A stretch of DNA of 64,000 bases from the human T2T-CHM13v2.0 reference genome, Homo sapiens, in assembly GCF_009914755.1 (NCBI RefSeq), contig NC_060930.1; one strand, written 5' to 3'. Every line of letters starts with the position of its first letter. Positions within the stretch are counted from its first letter, which is position 1. The notes beneath the pieces are model-generated. The model was not told the origin of the DNA, searched no databases, and was given only the letters and a program-made list of their open reading frames with translations. A program made the position numbers and the translations under genes. Of the stretch, positions 1 to 12,530 are shown piece after piece.

Positions 1-1079
1 GACCTAGCATCTACCTTGGCCCCACAACAGACACAGGAACAGCTCTGCCTCCTCGAGTTCTTCAGACTCAGACTGCAGTGCTCTTTGGAAGGAACTTTAG
101 GTAAATACAGAACCAACAAGTCCATCGTCTACGTGTGTAGCTGTGGCTATGGGGCAGAAGATGGTCATTGATGGTGAGAGAGGGAACGGGCTGGTGGCAG
201 GAAGGATCACAAAATGAGGCCTAGACCAATGTCCACATCATGGGATGCTGAGGTGGCCTCTCAGGCAACATCAGATGCAAAACAGATACCAGAATATTCA
301 CCCAGGTTGGATTCCTTAGGCCCCTCGTTCTGAAAGCAAAAGTGCTCAGATTCAGTCATGAGAGGGAATGTGAGGACACACTTGTGAGGACCAGGCACCT
401 CACATGTTCAGAAGGTCGGAAAATAGCCTCTGAAAGGTGAATCCTGTGCTTGGCTTGCTGAAGGGGTCCCTGGCAAAGCACAGCCCCAGCTGTGTCCTTG
501 TTGTAACAAGCCAGTGCCTAGTGGGCTCTCTGAGCTTATGCGGTCTGCTAACAAATGATCTGGAAACTTTGTAAGTACAGTATTGATTATGACTAAAGAT
601 AAAGTAGATTTAATTTCACTGGCAATCTGAAAAGAGTATCTTTAAGAAAAGCTAAGTGACCTATGAATTAGAAGAGAATAAGAAAGAATAAGTAGATAAT
701 CCCAGATCAGCTTTCCTTGACCTTCATAACTGCAAAAGATTCCTTTTTTTTGCCTTGAGATATTCCACTTATATGAATAAAGTGAAATAGTATTGTTCCT
801 TTAGAAAATAATTTTGACAGGTCTTACTAATTATTGAGATAATCACTTGTTTGCTGTCCAGAGAACAAAAGCCTGCATTTCAGAAAGGCCAATATTGTTT
901 TTATTTGCCTTATACTTTCAGTGGGTAGGCTTAGGTTTATTTCAGACTTAGGTTTTCTTGCAATGCAGGTATTATGTAGGCTATATGCCTGCCCATGCAG
1001 TCATGTTGATTTAAGTGTATAAAATGCTTGGACACATGGAATCATGGATCCTAGAGAAGAAGCTATCTAAAGAGCTTAT

Positions 1080-1420
1080 TGTGTCAGTCAGGATGGGCTA
1101 AGTTATGCTGTGCTAACAAACAATTCCAAGATCTTAAAGAACAAAAATAAATAGGCTTATTTTGTGCTTCTGCTGCACTTTCAATGCCAGTCAGTAACAG
1201 TTCTTCTGCATATTGTTCAGTAGTTCAGGCTGAGGAAGTTTTAACTGGAAAATTGCTGGTTGTTACAACAGAAGGAAAGTAAAAACATGGGAAACCATGT
1301 GTTCGCTCTCAAAGCTTCTACCCACATGTGTGACACATTCCTTTTGCTCACATTTTACTAGCCAAACTCAGTCATGAAGCCATGCATGCAGGGAACAAAG
1401 GTGGAAATGTGTAATGCGCC
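1080..1420 (-). mobile_element. Old MaLR LTR (MLT1J/K/L-like)
   Basis: Begins TGTGTCAGTCAGGATGGGCTAAGTTATGCTGTGCTAACAAAC and contains GCTCACATTTTACTAGCCAAACTCAGTCATG, typical of MLT1 LTRs read in reverse orientation. Confidence 0.7.
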
Positions 1421-1899
1421 CATCAGGATGCACACCAAAGTCTTGGACACAACAGTGGTCTTGCACCCTGCTTTGAGACAAGGTCTACAAATGATCCTTG
1501 TATACCCTTCTTCCCAATGACTCTCATGTGAGCCTTTCCTAGATGCAGTCTTCAGCAAGAGGACTCTCAGCCTTCCACGTAATGGAAATACAATCAGCAG
1601 TTGAAAGCACAGAATTAACTCCACTGGTGTAAAAGCTAGTGCCTTGCTTCTGTCCCAGAGTCACCAGGATGTCCACCAGGGAAATGAGTCAAGTTGACTC
1701 TGCAGTGAAGAGGCTGCATCAGCATCAGCCCTGTGTCATCCACGATGATTACATTATCCATATCCCTGGTGATGGAGCTAAAATATCCAATGATCACACA
1801 TAGGACACAATGACACACTGTAGATCATGACCTGCCTAGGCCACAATTTGCACTAGGGATCAATGACCTAGAACTACATCAGTGAAATCTGTTGAACAA

Positions 1900-4800
1900 T
1901 GAGAGAAGAGATTCTCTTACTTCAGTAATTGAGAAGAAAAATGAATTCTCCTACCTCAGTAACTGTGGAAAAAGACTGATTTACCTCAGTACCTGTGAAG
2001 AAGAATAGATTTTCCTACTTTAGTAACTGTGGAGAAAAATGTATTCCTCTATCTCAGGGACTATGGAGAAGAACAGATTCTCCTACAGAGAAGAGTGGAT
2101 TTTCCTACCAAGGTAACTGTGGATAAAGAGGGATTCTCCTACCTTGGTAACTGTAGAGAAGAAGACATTCTCTAACCTCAGGAACTGTGGAGAAAGATTC
2201 TTCTACCTCAATAACTGGAAAAAATGAATTTTCCTATTTCAGTGACTGTGGAGAAGGTAAAGAAACTCTTACTTCAGTAAATAGAGGGGAACAGATTCTT
2301 CTACTTCGATAACTGTGGATAAAGAGAGATTTTCCTCCTCAGTAACTGTGGAGAATAGATTCTCCAATGAGAGGAACTGTGGGAAAGAAAGGATTCTTCC
2401 ACATCAATAGTTGTGGAGGAGAGATTCTCCTACATTATAACTGTGGATAAAAAATGAATTCTCATTCAGAAACTGTTGAGATGCATGTATTCTCCTACTT
2501 CAGTAACTGGAAAAGATTTGATTCACTTACCTCCTCAATTGTGAAAAAATGATAAATTCTACTGTCTTTGGAGGAAGAAAAGATCTCCTGCCTCAGTACC
2601 TGTGAAGAATATTGGATTCTTCTACCCCAGTAACTGTGGAGAATAACCAATTTCCCTATATCTGTAATTGTGGACATGGAGAGATTGCACTACCTACACG
2701 TGGAGAAGAATGGCTTCCCCTACCTCCATAACTAAGAAGAAGAATAGATTCTGCTACTTTTGTATCTGTGGAGGATGAAAGGTTTTTTTTACCTCAGTAC
2801 CCATGGAGAAGAATGAATTCTCTTACCTCACTAATTGTAGAGAAAGAGAGACTTTCCTATCCTATCTCAGTAACAGTGGACAATAATGGATTTTTTTTAA
2901 CCTCAACAACTATGGGAAGAAGAGATCTCCTTTAATAACTGTAGAAAAGAATGAATTCACCAACCTTAGTAACTGCAGAGAAGAGATTTTCCTACCTTAG
3001 TAACTATCATGAAGATTTTATTATTCTACCTCAGGAATTGTGGAGAAGGATACATTCTGATACTTCAGTAACTATAGAGAAGGAGAGGATCTTCTCCCTC
3101 AATAACTGTTAAGAATGGATCCTACCTTAGTAACTGTGAAGAAGAATGGACTCTCTTACCTCAGTAACTATGGAGAAGAATGATTCTTTTATCTCAGTAA
3201 ATATAGGGAAGAACAAACTCCATAACTTCAGTAAAAAGAAGAGAGATTCTTCTATCTCAGTACAGGTGGAGAAGAATGGATTCTTCTAATTCAGAACTGT
3301 GAAGAAGAGATTATCCTCTTGTAGTAACTGTGGAGGAAAATGGATTCTCCTCCTTCGTGACTTTGCAGAAGGAGAGATTCTTTTATCACAGTAACTGTTG
3401 AGAAGAATGAATTCTCCCTCTTCAATACATGTGGAGAAGAATAAATTCTCCTACCTGAGTAACTGGAGAAGGAAGGACTTACTTTAAAACTCAGTAACTG
3501 GGAAGGAGAGAGCTCCTTCAGTAACTGTGTAGATGAATGAATTTTCCTAATTAGTAACTGTGTGAAAAAAGATATTCTCCTACCTCAGTAACTGTAGTGA
3601 ATAATTTATTCCTCTATCTCAGTAACTGTGGAGAAGAATAGATTCTCCTGTCTTAATAACTCTGGAAACGGATGGATTCTCTTCCTTCAGTAATTGTGAA
3701 AATGAATTCTCCTACCTTGGTTATTGTGAAGAGGATAAAGGCTGCTACCTCAGTAACAATGAAAGAAGATAGATTCTCTTACCTCAGTAACTGTAGAGAA
3801 AAACGTAATCTCCAAGCTCATTAACTGTAGAAAAGGAAAGATTCTCCTCACTCAGTAACTGTGCAGAAAAATATTATCTTCCCTTAACTGTTGGGAAAAA
3901 AAGAGGATTCTCCTACCACAGCAAGGGAGCAGAAGAGATTTTCCTACCTCAGTAATTGCAGGGAAGAATTATCCTACCACAACATCTACAATGAAGAGTA
4001 AATTCTCCTACTCGAGTAACTGTGGAGAAGAATGGATTTTTTTAACTTCAGAAACTGAAGAATGAATTCCCCTAATCAGTAAATGCATGAAAGAGGAGAT
4101 TCTCCTACCTCAATAACTGTGGTAGAGAATTTATTTTCCTATGTCAGTAACTATGGAGAAGAATGGCTTCTTTTACCTTCTTGATAGATGTAGAGAAGCA
4201 TAAATTCTCCTAGCTGAGTAACTGTGGAGACTGAGGAGGAAGAGACATTCCTCTACATTGGTACCCATAGACAATAATGGATTTTACCAACTCATAACTG
4301 TGCAAATGGACAGATTCTTCTATTTCAGCTACTGTGGAAAAAAAATACATTCTTCTTTAGTACATGTGGAGAGGAATGGGTTCTCCTATCTCAGCAACTA
4401 TGAAGAAAAGATTCTTCTACCCAAGTAATTGTCAAAAAGAATGGATTCTTCTTCCTCAGTAACTTTGGAGAAAGATCTATTCTCTAACCTAGTAACTGTG
4501 GAGAAGGGGAGATTCTCCTACCACGGCAACTGGAGAAAGAAAGGTTCTTTTGTCTCAGTAAATGTAAGGAGGAATGGATTCTTCTACCTCAGTAACTGTG
4601 GATAAAAAGAGATTCTCCTACCTCAGTAATTGTAGAGAAAAGCGATTCTCCTTCCTCAGTAACTGGGGAAGAAAAGCTTTTCTTCCTTAGTAACTGTGGA
4701 AAAGGAGAGAGTCTCCCGCCTCAGTATCTGTGGAGAATAGATTCTACTTTGTTAACTGTGGAGGACAGTGCTGCTACCTGAGTAACTGTGGAAGAGAGAT

Positions 4801-4965
4801 TCTCCTACCTCAGTAACTGTGGAGGAGAGATTTTCCTACCACAGTAACTTTGGAGAAGGAGAAATTCTCCTTCTTTAGTAACTGGAGAAATAGAGCTCTT
4901 CTTCTCTCAGTAACAGTGGAGAAGAATGTATTCTACCTCATTAAGCTTAGAGAAGGAGACATTCC
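1900..4965. repeat. Diverged tandem array (satellite-like), ~35-bp unit, roughly 85-90 copies
   Basis: Recurrent unit close to TTCTCCTACCTCAGTAACTGTGGAGAAGAATGGA over ~3 kb with many substitutions and indels. Confidence 0.95.
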
Positions 4966-5439
4966 CCTTCCTCTCTGGTGAGAATAAATCTGGGCTCCTG
5001 GTCAGAGTAGTATCAGTGTAGTCATTGCCAAGGCTTCTTGTTTGTGTGCCTGTGAACTTGGGAATGTGCTGAAATGAGACATGGTGGGCTGGATTGAGAA
5101 AGACGGGCCAGGGGGGCTTTGGCTCTTGTGAAGCTTCTCCACCAGTGAAAGGCACAGCTTGGCATCTCCTTGTTCACAAAATGGTGTGGAAGATTATTAG
5201 AACTGAGAGCCCCAGTGAAAAGAGAAACTCTTCACATCCCCTGTAAAAGCTGTTGGTGAGAGGCCCCTGAGGGAAGTTGGGGGATACCAATGCCCTCTCT
5301 TCCCTACCAAGGGAGTGCACCTTCTGGACATCTGGAGAAGAATCACAATAATACTTTAAAAATCACAGGACCAAAATCGAAAATCAAACCCTGACAGAAA
5401 ATATGACAAGGCAGAATTGTAGCTAATTGTGGATAAGAT

Positions 5440-5645
5440 AGTCTGCGTTTGAATTATGGCTCTAGCACTTACCAACTGTGTGGCCTTGAGCAAGTTAGTC
5501 AACTTCTCTGCGGTTTCAGTTTTCTCATTTGTAAAATTGGGATGACAAAATGACTTGTGTGGTTAGCCTCCTGTGAGAAATAAATAAGATAATACCTGCG
5601 ACGCACTCAGAACAATGCATGGCACAAAGCAAACGTGCAGTCGGC
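5440..5645 (+). mobile_element. MIR SINE
   Basis: MIR core: TGTGTGGCCTTGAGCAAGTTAGTCAACTTCTCTGCGGTTTCAGTTTTCTCATTTGTAAAATTGGGAT. Confidence 0.85.
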
Positions 5646-7104
5646 ATTCGCTGCAAACAATTTCTTGTCCTGAAAAAAATGTTGATTAGACCATGGTGAG
5701 CCAAGAGGTGAAGGCCATTTTCCTTAAAAAGTCCCATTGGAGGCCTGACCTTGGTTTCTGCAAACTGAGCAGCTGAAAAAGCAGAACTGAAGGTTTGTTC
5801 TGCCATTGTTCTGTAACAAAGCTTATTGCTGAGAATGGAAGTTTAAGAGAACAACTTTGCCAAAAAGAAATTTCATCACTCCTTGAAATGGCAACCCTAA
5901 TTCGGGGTTTTTAGGAAATTCCCTCAGAGACCCAGTGCTCTATTTTCCTCAGATTACCCCCATTTAGCTATTTGTGCTGTACACCATATAAATTGTCATC
6001 GCTAAGTCCAAGATATCGTGACTCATAGACTGCGTCTTTGTTTTCCTAAAGAATGAAGAGTCCAAGAGGAATAGAAAAGCATTTTTTCATCCACAATGTT
6101 TTTTTTTTTTTTTCATTTGAGATCCCCCATGTGGTGTTGGATGCAGGTTATGGAAACAAAGGTGTAGGTCATTACCTCCAGGGTCTCATAGGCTGGTGGG
6201 AAGGCAGGCCAGGGAACCTGCCTGTAGCAATTGATCCCTGGTATATTCACAGGCTTTGGGCCCAATAGAAACGAAGGGTGGGAGCCCAGGGACTCAGAAC
6301 CCGGAACAGGGGGAGGCGAATCCGGAGGGTGAGAGAATGGAGGGCAGGGCTTCCAGGAGGGAACAGCCCAGGCCAGGCAAATGGTGAGAGGCCTCTCACA
6401 TTTGGGAACTGTGAGAGATTCCATGTGGCTGAGAGGTGGCTTCGTGGGGAAGACGTGAGGGCGAGCGGAACAGTGTGGAGGCAGATCACAGAGGGCTCTG
6501 TGTAACTTACGCAAGACCTGAGCACCAGGCGGAGCCGTCAAGGGAAATTTAGGTTGAGCAGAGATACAATTGGGTTTGGAATATCTCTCTACAGCAGCAG
6601 TAAAATACCATGCAGGTGACAAGACTGGGAGCCGGGAGAGGAGGCAGGAGGGTGTGGGTGGTTCAGACCAGGGATGGACAGTGGGGCCGAGGGGAGGAGA
6701 CATTGGAGTGGCACCATGTGGACAGGGGCAGGTCTTGGGAACACATAAAACTGAAAGGAGATGTGGAAACATCCAGGCCCACAATCTAGGGGTCCAGGGG
6801 CTGTGGCCACTGGAGTGCCATTCAAAGACTTCTCCCAAGCCCACCCCAGGTGAAGCCCCTCCCCTGCCTGTGCTGGCTTGGTCCTGGGAGCCAGGGCCCC
6901 TCCCTCATCGCAGCTGCTAAGCTGGACCATCCAAGAAGTAAAGCAGCACCCGCCTACCATGGCCCACGCCTGAGTTTCCCGGCCTGAGCCTTCATTCTCA
7001 AAGCTGTTTCTTGTTTTAAGGCCATTTCCTCATGGTCCTCCCCTGCCTGCGATGCTCAGCCCTGAATTCTTCACCAGACTCTTAACAGTGAGTGATTCGC
7101 TCCT

Positions 7105-7330
7105 CTGTAAACATCTCCTCTGTGAAAGGCCTTGCCCAATCTCCAAAACTAAATTAAGTCCTCCTGTTACAATACCCTATACTTCGCCTCACAACATTTA
7201 TGGCAACGTGCAATTATATATTTCTGTGTGTGGCTGTTTGTTTTATATTTAGCTTCCTTCATAGACCATGATCTCCGTGGGGACAGGGCCCCTGTGCCCC
7301 CACGCCCAGGGCGGGCTCTACACCGACGCC
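7105..7330 (+). mobile_element. L2 LINE 3' fragment
   Basis: CTCTGTGAAAGGCCTT...TAGACCATGATCTCCGTGGGGACAGGG resembles the L2 3' region. Confidence 0.55.
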
Positions 7331-8359
7331 TAGAAAACACACGTGCAAAGGCAAAGGCATGAAGTCAGCGAACAAGAGAAGGCTGGATTGGCTCCAGGTT
7401 TCCGGTGGTTGACAGTGCCCAGTGTCATTCACCAAATGTGGGATAGGCCGCGGGAAAACACACTGTGAGAAGGAGAGAGGAGCTGTGGATCTGCTTCAGA
7501 GCTGTCTGGGCCAGGCCCCTCATTCCAACTGATAGGGACTCGCCCGTCCAGATTCAATGTCTCCTGTGAGTCGCCAAGCGTACAGGGATCACAGGAGCCT
7601 TGGGCTCACGAAGTGTGTGGCCCCCCTGTGCAGATGAAGGACCAATGGCCAAGGGAGCAAGAGAACCCTGAGCCTTCTGTAAGGCAAACCCACTCAGCGC
7701 TGTTTCCCACTGGGTTCTCCTGTGGAGAAGCCCCTCAGACCAGGAATATGGTGCAAGAGCTTCGAATTCTTTCTCCTGGGCCAGCGGTCACCCAAACAGC
7801 TATCATTAGTCAGCAGAGACTTTTGGTCCACAGGAGGCGGATGACGCACTTGGTCCTAACAGGAAGTTTCCTGGATCCGTTTGGTTTGCTGCTGTTGGGA
7901 GACCAGGCAGCCGCCTTCTTATAGCTGTGTTGTTCTCACTCACGCGGTCTCCAGCAGCACCGCCATCCCACAGTTTCCTGACCCTAAAGTGTCTGAGGCC
8001 CCCACTGCCTCTGGCCAAAGCACATCACCTGCAGTTCACTCCCAACTGCCCCTCACCACTTATGGAGCTCCCGCCAAAGCAGCTTCCACGTGCTGAGGAC
8101 GGCAACCTGCATAGTTCACTGAGGGGTGCTCAGTTGCCCTCCCAGGGTTGGGGCAGCTTGTTGAGTGCAGATAGTGAGACGGAGTAGGAGGCTGAGGGGC
8201 AGGAGGTTTGCCACCTGCAAATCACAGGTGGATTTCTGCCGTTAATGACAATGCTCTGTGCTGATGAAGGCCTAGTCTGTCACAGTTAGTAATTCTATAA
8301 TAACACATTACATTTTCATAGCATTTGTACATTTTCCAAGTATTTTCATGTTCATTACT

Positions 8360-8570
8360 CTTTAATAATAGCTACAACTTTTTTTTGACCTGAAGTACAC
8401 TCCTGTGCTGCCCACTGACATTTATTAACTCATCATATCCTACGCATTTATTCTTCACTCACAGGCGAGAAAGCTGAGGCCTGAAGATGTCACCTACACT
8501 GATGGAGGTCAGTTAATTCAGGTCTGTCCGACCCAGAACCCACACCCTAAATCACTGCAGGCCACTGCCT
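8360..8570 (-). mobile_element. MIR fragment
   Basis: ATAATAGCTAC...CACAGGCGAGAAAGCTGAGGC...CAGGTCTGTCCGACCCAGAACCCAC, reverse MIR-like. Confidence 0.55.
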
Positions 8571-10000
8571 TCTCCCCAAAGTGCCCTGTAGGAAGATTAA
8601 ATAAAAACTCGCCTTCTCCCAATTGAGCCAATGGTCCCAGCAACCATAGTGATGGCACTATCAGGCAGGGCAGGTCCCCCTCTTACCGATATGGGAGCTG
8701 AGACAAGGAGCCCCTCAGAGCCCAGTCTGAAGTTTCACAATGAAGACAGCTAAGTCACTCCCTTCCTCCCTGCCTCCCCCGTCCTTTCTTCCTACCTTTC
8801 CTCATCAACGAAGCATCCATTAGAAGCCTCCCCTATGGAAAACATTGCTCTGTGAGGATACTATGAAAGTCTCCTGGAAATCAGGAGTGGTCTGGGAATT
8901 TCCAGGGTTGTGTGTGCACACGCGCATGTGTGTTTCTGTTGATAGTACTATTAACAATACAGTAAAAAATAAAGCACTGAATCAGAATTTCTTAAAATTG
9001 TTATATATTTCAAACATTTGCACTCAGCATATTAATGTTTTTATATGTAATTCACACCATTTTATTGGCAGTGTGTCTGGAAATGGGACTAACATTTATA
9101 AGAGCATGTGCCTTTATAGAAATGCGGAAAAGAAAAATGCTGTCTCTCACTCGTGTCATTATGTGACAGTAGGTAAAACTGCATGTGGAGAATGAAGTAC
9201 TGAAAATAAAAAATTAAGGCCCTTCATTAGTATTAGGCCCTGGGTCAGCTTGGGCGAGACAGTCTCCACCTCACAGATTGGCGTCTGCTGGGTTTAAACT
9301 CTTCCTCCCAAAGCACACAGCCTCTTGCCTGTTGCCACCCAGTTGAGTGTCAAGTGGAAGTTCGGAGCCATTGGCTCCATCCCGGCTGCCCACAGAGGGA
9401 AAAAGTGCTGCTAAAGGGGTCGTGTGTTTGGGGAGATGGACTGAAAGCACTCGTGGGTGTGGAGAGGACCGTGGGCTCTGTCCAAGCCCTGCTGCCTCTG
9501 GCCTGGACTGGGAGTGTGCTGCAAGGTCTGGGTGTCCAGGGCCATCGACTCTCTGGACAGCACCGTTCAGTGTGTGCTTCCCTCACATCTGCGGGGGCTA
9601 CTCAGGAACAGGAAGCTGTCCCAGGCTCTCTGGACCTCATCTGCCAAATAACAGAACAGTAACATTGCACAGGTTTGTGGGAAGATTTGTGGAAATAATT
9701 ACATGTCTCTAGTGAATCTGAACTAGAATTCGCAAAGGATATATGTGGGTTAGGAACCTGAGACTAGTTCTGCGTATCCTATAATGCAGCATCTGCATAC
9801 CATAGTATTGGTGAGATCAACACACTTTGCGTGGAAATTGTGATCCCTCACTTCAGACATGCATGAAAGGCCCTAGATCATGCCCTGGTGATGCCTGCCA
9901 TGGTTTCCAGCACGGGCCCTCAACCACACAAGCTCTAAGACTGCACCAGCAACATTGACCAGAGCTTGTTCTTTCAACTATCTATATGGGCATCATCCTT

Positions 10001-10100
10001 ACCTCCACCTCTCCACCGGCATGTCCACCTCTCCATCTACACGTCCACCTCTCCGTCCGCGCGTGTGTCACCTCTCCATCCACACATCCATCTTTCCACA
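10001..10100. repeat. Degenerate 20-bp minisatellite (4-5 copies)
   Basis: Core TCCACCTCTCC recurs in the 10001, 10021 and 10041 blocks, then degenerates. Confidence 0.7.
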
Positions 10101-10629
10101 TGTCCAGGAAACTGTTGCCCTGGGGGCCAGAAAAGTGTAGTTTGTAGCCCTCCACACTAGACGCACACTTTTGCTGTCTCCACCTTGCTAGTGTGGTGGG
10201 CCACGGTGACCCACTCTGGTTGGTCGGTCAGCACACAGTGCGGCGACCGCAGCTCCGTGGTAGACGGTGCACTGGGACCCAGCAAGGCTGGCCGTCCCTC
10301 TGGCGGGGTGGTCAGAGCCGCTTCCTGGAAGGCGGATTTCAGCCGAAGTGCTAATGTCGCCAGGACTTCCTGGCCGCGGACCTGCAGAAGGAGCTCCCAG
10401 AACAGTGCAGGCCACGGGGCTTTAATGCTGCTCCTCCTTCTGCGTCCCATTTTACAAAATAACATTAATAGTAGGTTGATCACAGTTAATTGTTGTTTTG
10501 TAGATTGAAAGCATTTGGAGATTGACAATTTAATAAAGTTTATATTGTTCCAGCTAAGCATAAAAACTTAAAAATTTATAAAGCGCCTTCTAAAACAGTC
10601 ACTTTGCTTCAAACATTTCAATCCTCAAA

Positions 10630-11720
10630 CCCGCCACGTGACTAAGTTAGGGCCGGTATCCTTCTCCCGGCCTCAGGTGAGGAAACTGCCTGCGCCAGGT
10701 TCTCTGGGCCGCGCGGAGCCGGGGCTGACACAGCTGCGGGGCTGGGGTTTCCGATCCCAGCGCAGAGCGTCTCCCGCTGCTCCTGCGGGTGTGAGGCTCC
10801 CGGGATGCCCCTCCCTGAAGTGGGTCGCGACCCGCATCGGGATCCGGGCAGCCAGGCCTCGCAAAAGGCCCTGGGCCCGGGTCTGCTGCTCCGGCCTGAC
10901 CCCTCAGAACCGCCCGAGGCTAGCGCGCCGGGAACCCCGGCCTCAGCCCCTCGCTCCCGCCGCCCTCTGTCTGGAGCTGCCGGGCCGCTCCGCCCCGCAC
11001 GTGGATCCCGGCGGCCGCCCTAGGTGGGGCCTCTTGGCCGGGCCGTCTCCAGCGCCCGCCCTCCCGTGCGTCCCAGCTCGGTGGTGAGCGGCGTTTCCCG
11101 CCTTTGTCTTCCACCCCCTCCCAGCTCTGCCGTGGGAGGTGGCGCCCTTCTCCGGCTCTCCTCAGGCCGCGTTCGCGCCTCACGGGAGGTCTCGCCAGCC
11201 GGGCAATGCTCGGCGCCGCTTCCCGCGCGGGCTGAGGAGAGATGGCGCAGAGGCGCTGGGAACCCACGGGCTTCTGAGGAGCGCAGCGGGCACGACGACG
11301 GAGCGGAGTCCTGAGGCCACAGCTGAGGAAAGGGTCAAGCTCAGGCTCCCAGGCGGTGGCCGAGGGGGCCCCGGGTGGGGCGGAGGCGCATCCTGGGAGG
11401 CGCTCGGGGAGGGTGCTATGGAGGCCGCCCGAGGCCGCCCCAGGCCGCAGGAAACAGGCGGGCGCGTCCTTCCCGCCTCAGCTACAGGCCTGTGGGGCCG
11501 CCTTCCGGGCGCCGCAGCCGCCTGGGCTGTGTGGTTCCATCTTGCAGATGGGATCAGATGGCCCTGGAGGTGGGGTCCCCCGGGTGTGCGCCCCAGACGT
11601 GCAAGCGCCTCCCCACGCCCCATCAATAAGGGTCACAGCCCCCTCCCCAGACCTGGCGGGGCCTCCCAGCCCTTCACGCAGCGCTGACGGGGCCTCTGCC
11701 CACCGGCCACCCTGGTCTCA
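10630..11720. promoter_or_regulatory. CpG island, probable promoter
   Basis: Very high GC and CpG density over ~1.1 kb; GC boxes (CTCCGCCCC ~10988, GGGGCGGAG ~11377); E-boxes CACGTG at 10635 and 10998. Confidence 0.85.
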
Positions 11721-11859
11721 AGACGGAGCCCACGTCTCCTGCTTGGGCTGGATGAGTGACCCTTCCCTGCGGCCATGAACAGGGAGCTTTAAACGTGTTG
11801 AGGTTGGCCCCTGCCCAGCCCGGCTGAACCCCACTCTGTAGGAGGCGCAGGCATCAGAC

Positions 11860-12286
11860 GCCGGGGACGTCATGGTGGAGGAGACTACCCGTGAGCCCGG
11901 TGACGTCACGGTGGAGACCACCCGCGAGGCTGGTGACGTCACAGTGCAGGAGACCACCGCGAACCTGGTGACGTCACGGTGGGGGAGACCACCCCGAGCC
12001 CTGTGACGTCACGGTGGAGGAGACCACCCCGAGCCCGGTGACGTCACGGGTGGAGGAGACCGCCCCGAGCCCTGTGACTTCACGGTGGAGGAGACCACCC
12101 CGAGCCCGGTGACGTCACGGGTGGAGGAGACCGCCCCGAGCCCTGTGACTTCACGGTGGGGGAGACCACCCCGAGCCTGGTGACGTCACGGTGGAGGAGA
12201 CCACCCCGAGCCCTGTGACTTCACGGTGGAGGAGTCCACCCCGAGCCTGGTGACATCATGGTGGAGGAGACCGCCCCTGAGCCCGG
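11860..12286. repeat. 35-bp VNTR (~12 units) with a CRE palindrome in most units
   Basis: Unit GTGACGTCACGGTGGAGGAGACCACCCCGAGCCC(G/T); TGACGTCA at 11901, 11934, 11969, 12004, 12039, 12110, 12181; variants TGACTTCA at 12075, 12146, 12216 and TGACATCA at 12251. Confidence 0.97.
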
Positions 12287-12399
12287 GTGCCCCTGACCCC
12301 AGGCACTGGATGGGATCCCCGGGGGCCATGTTTTAAAATCAGTTTATTTGCTGTCTCATCTATAAATTATTTTTTAATTGCAATAAGACCGCCTACTCA

Positions 12400-12530
12400 A
12401 AAAGAGTTCTGGAGACAGATGATGGTGGTGTCTGCATGTAGGAATGTATTTAATGCCACTGAACTGAACACTTAAAAATGGTTAAGACGGCACACTTTTT
12501 GTTACCTGTATTTACCACAATAAAAAATTG
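12400..12530 (+). mobile_element. Old L1M 3' end fragment
   Basis: GTTCTGGAGACAGATGATGGTG...AATGCCACTGAACTGAACACTTAAAAATGGTTAAG...TTTACCACAATAAAAAA. Confidence 0.8.

Noticed and set aside
1900-4965. CRISPR-like look (35-bp palindromic repeats)
   Set aside because: Units are head-to-tail without unique spacers, no cas genes, and the context is primate DNA
10638-11778. Overlapping 100-180 aa ORFs in the CpG island
   Set aside because: Expected from stop-codon scarcity at very high GC; no recognisable domain
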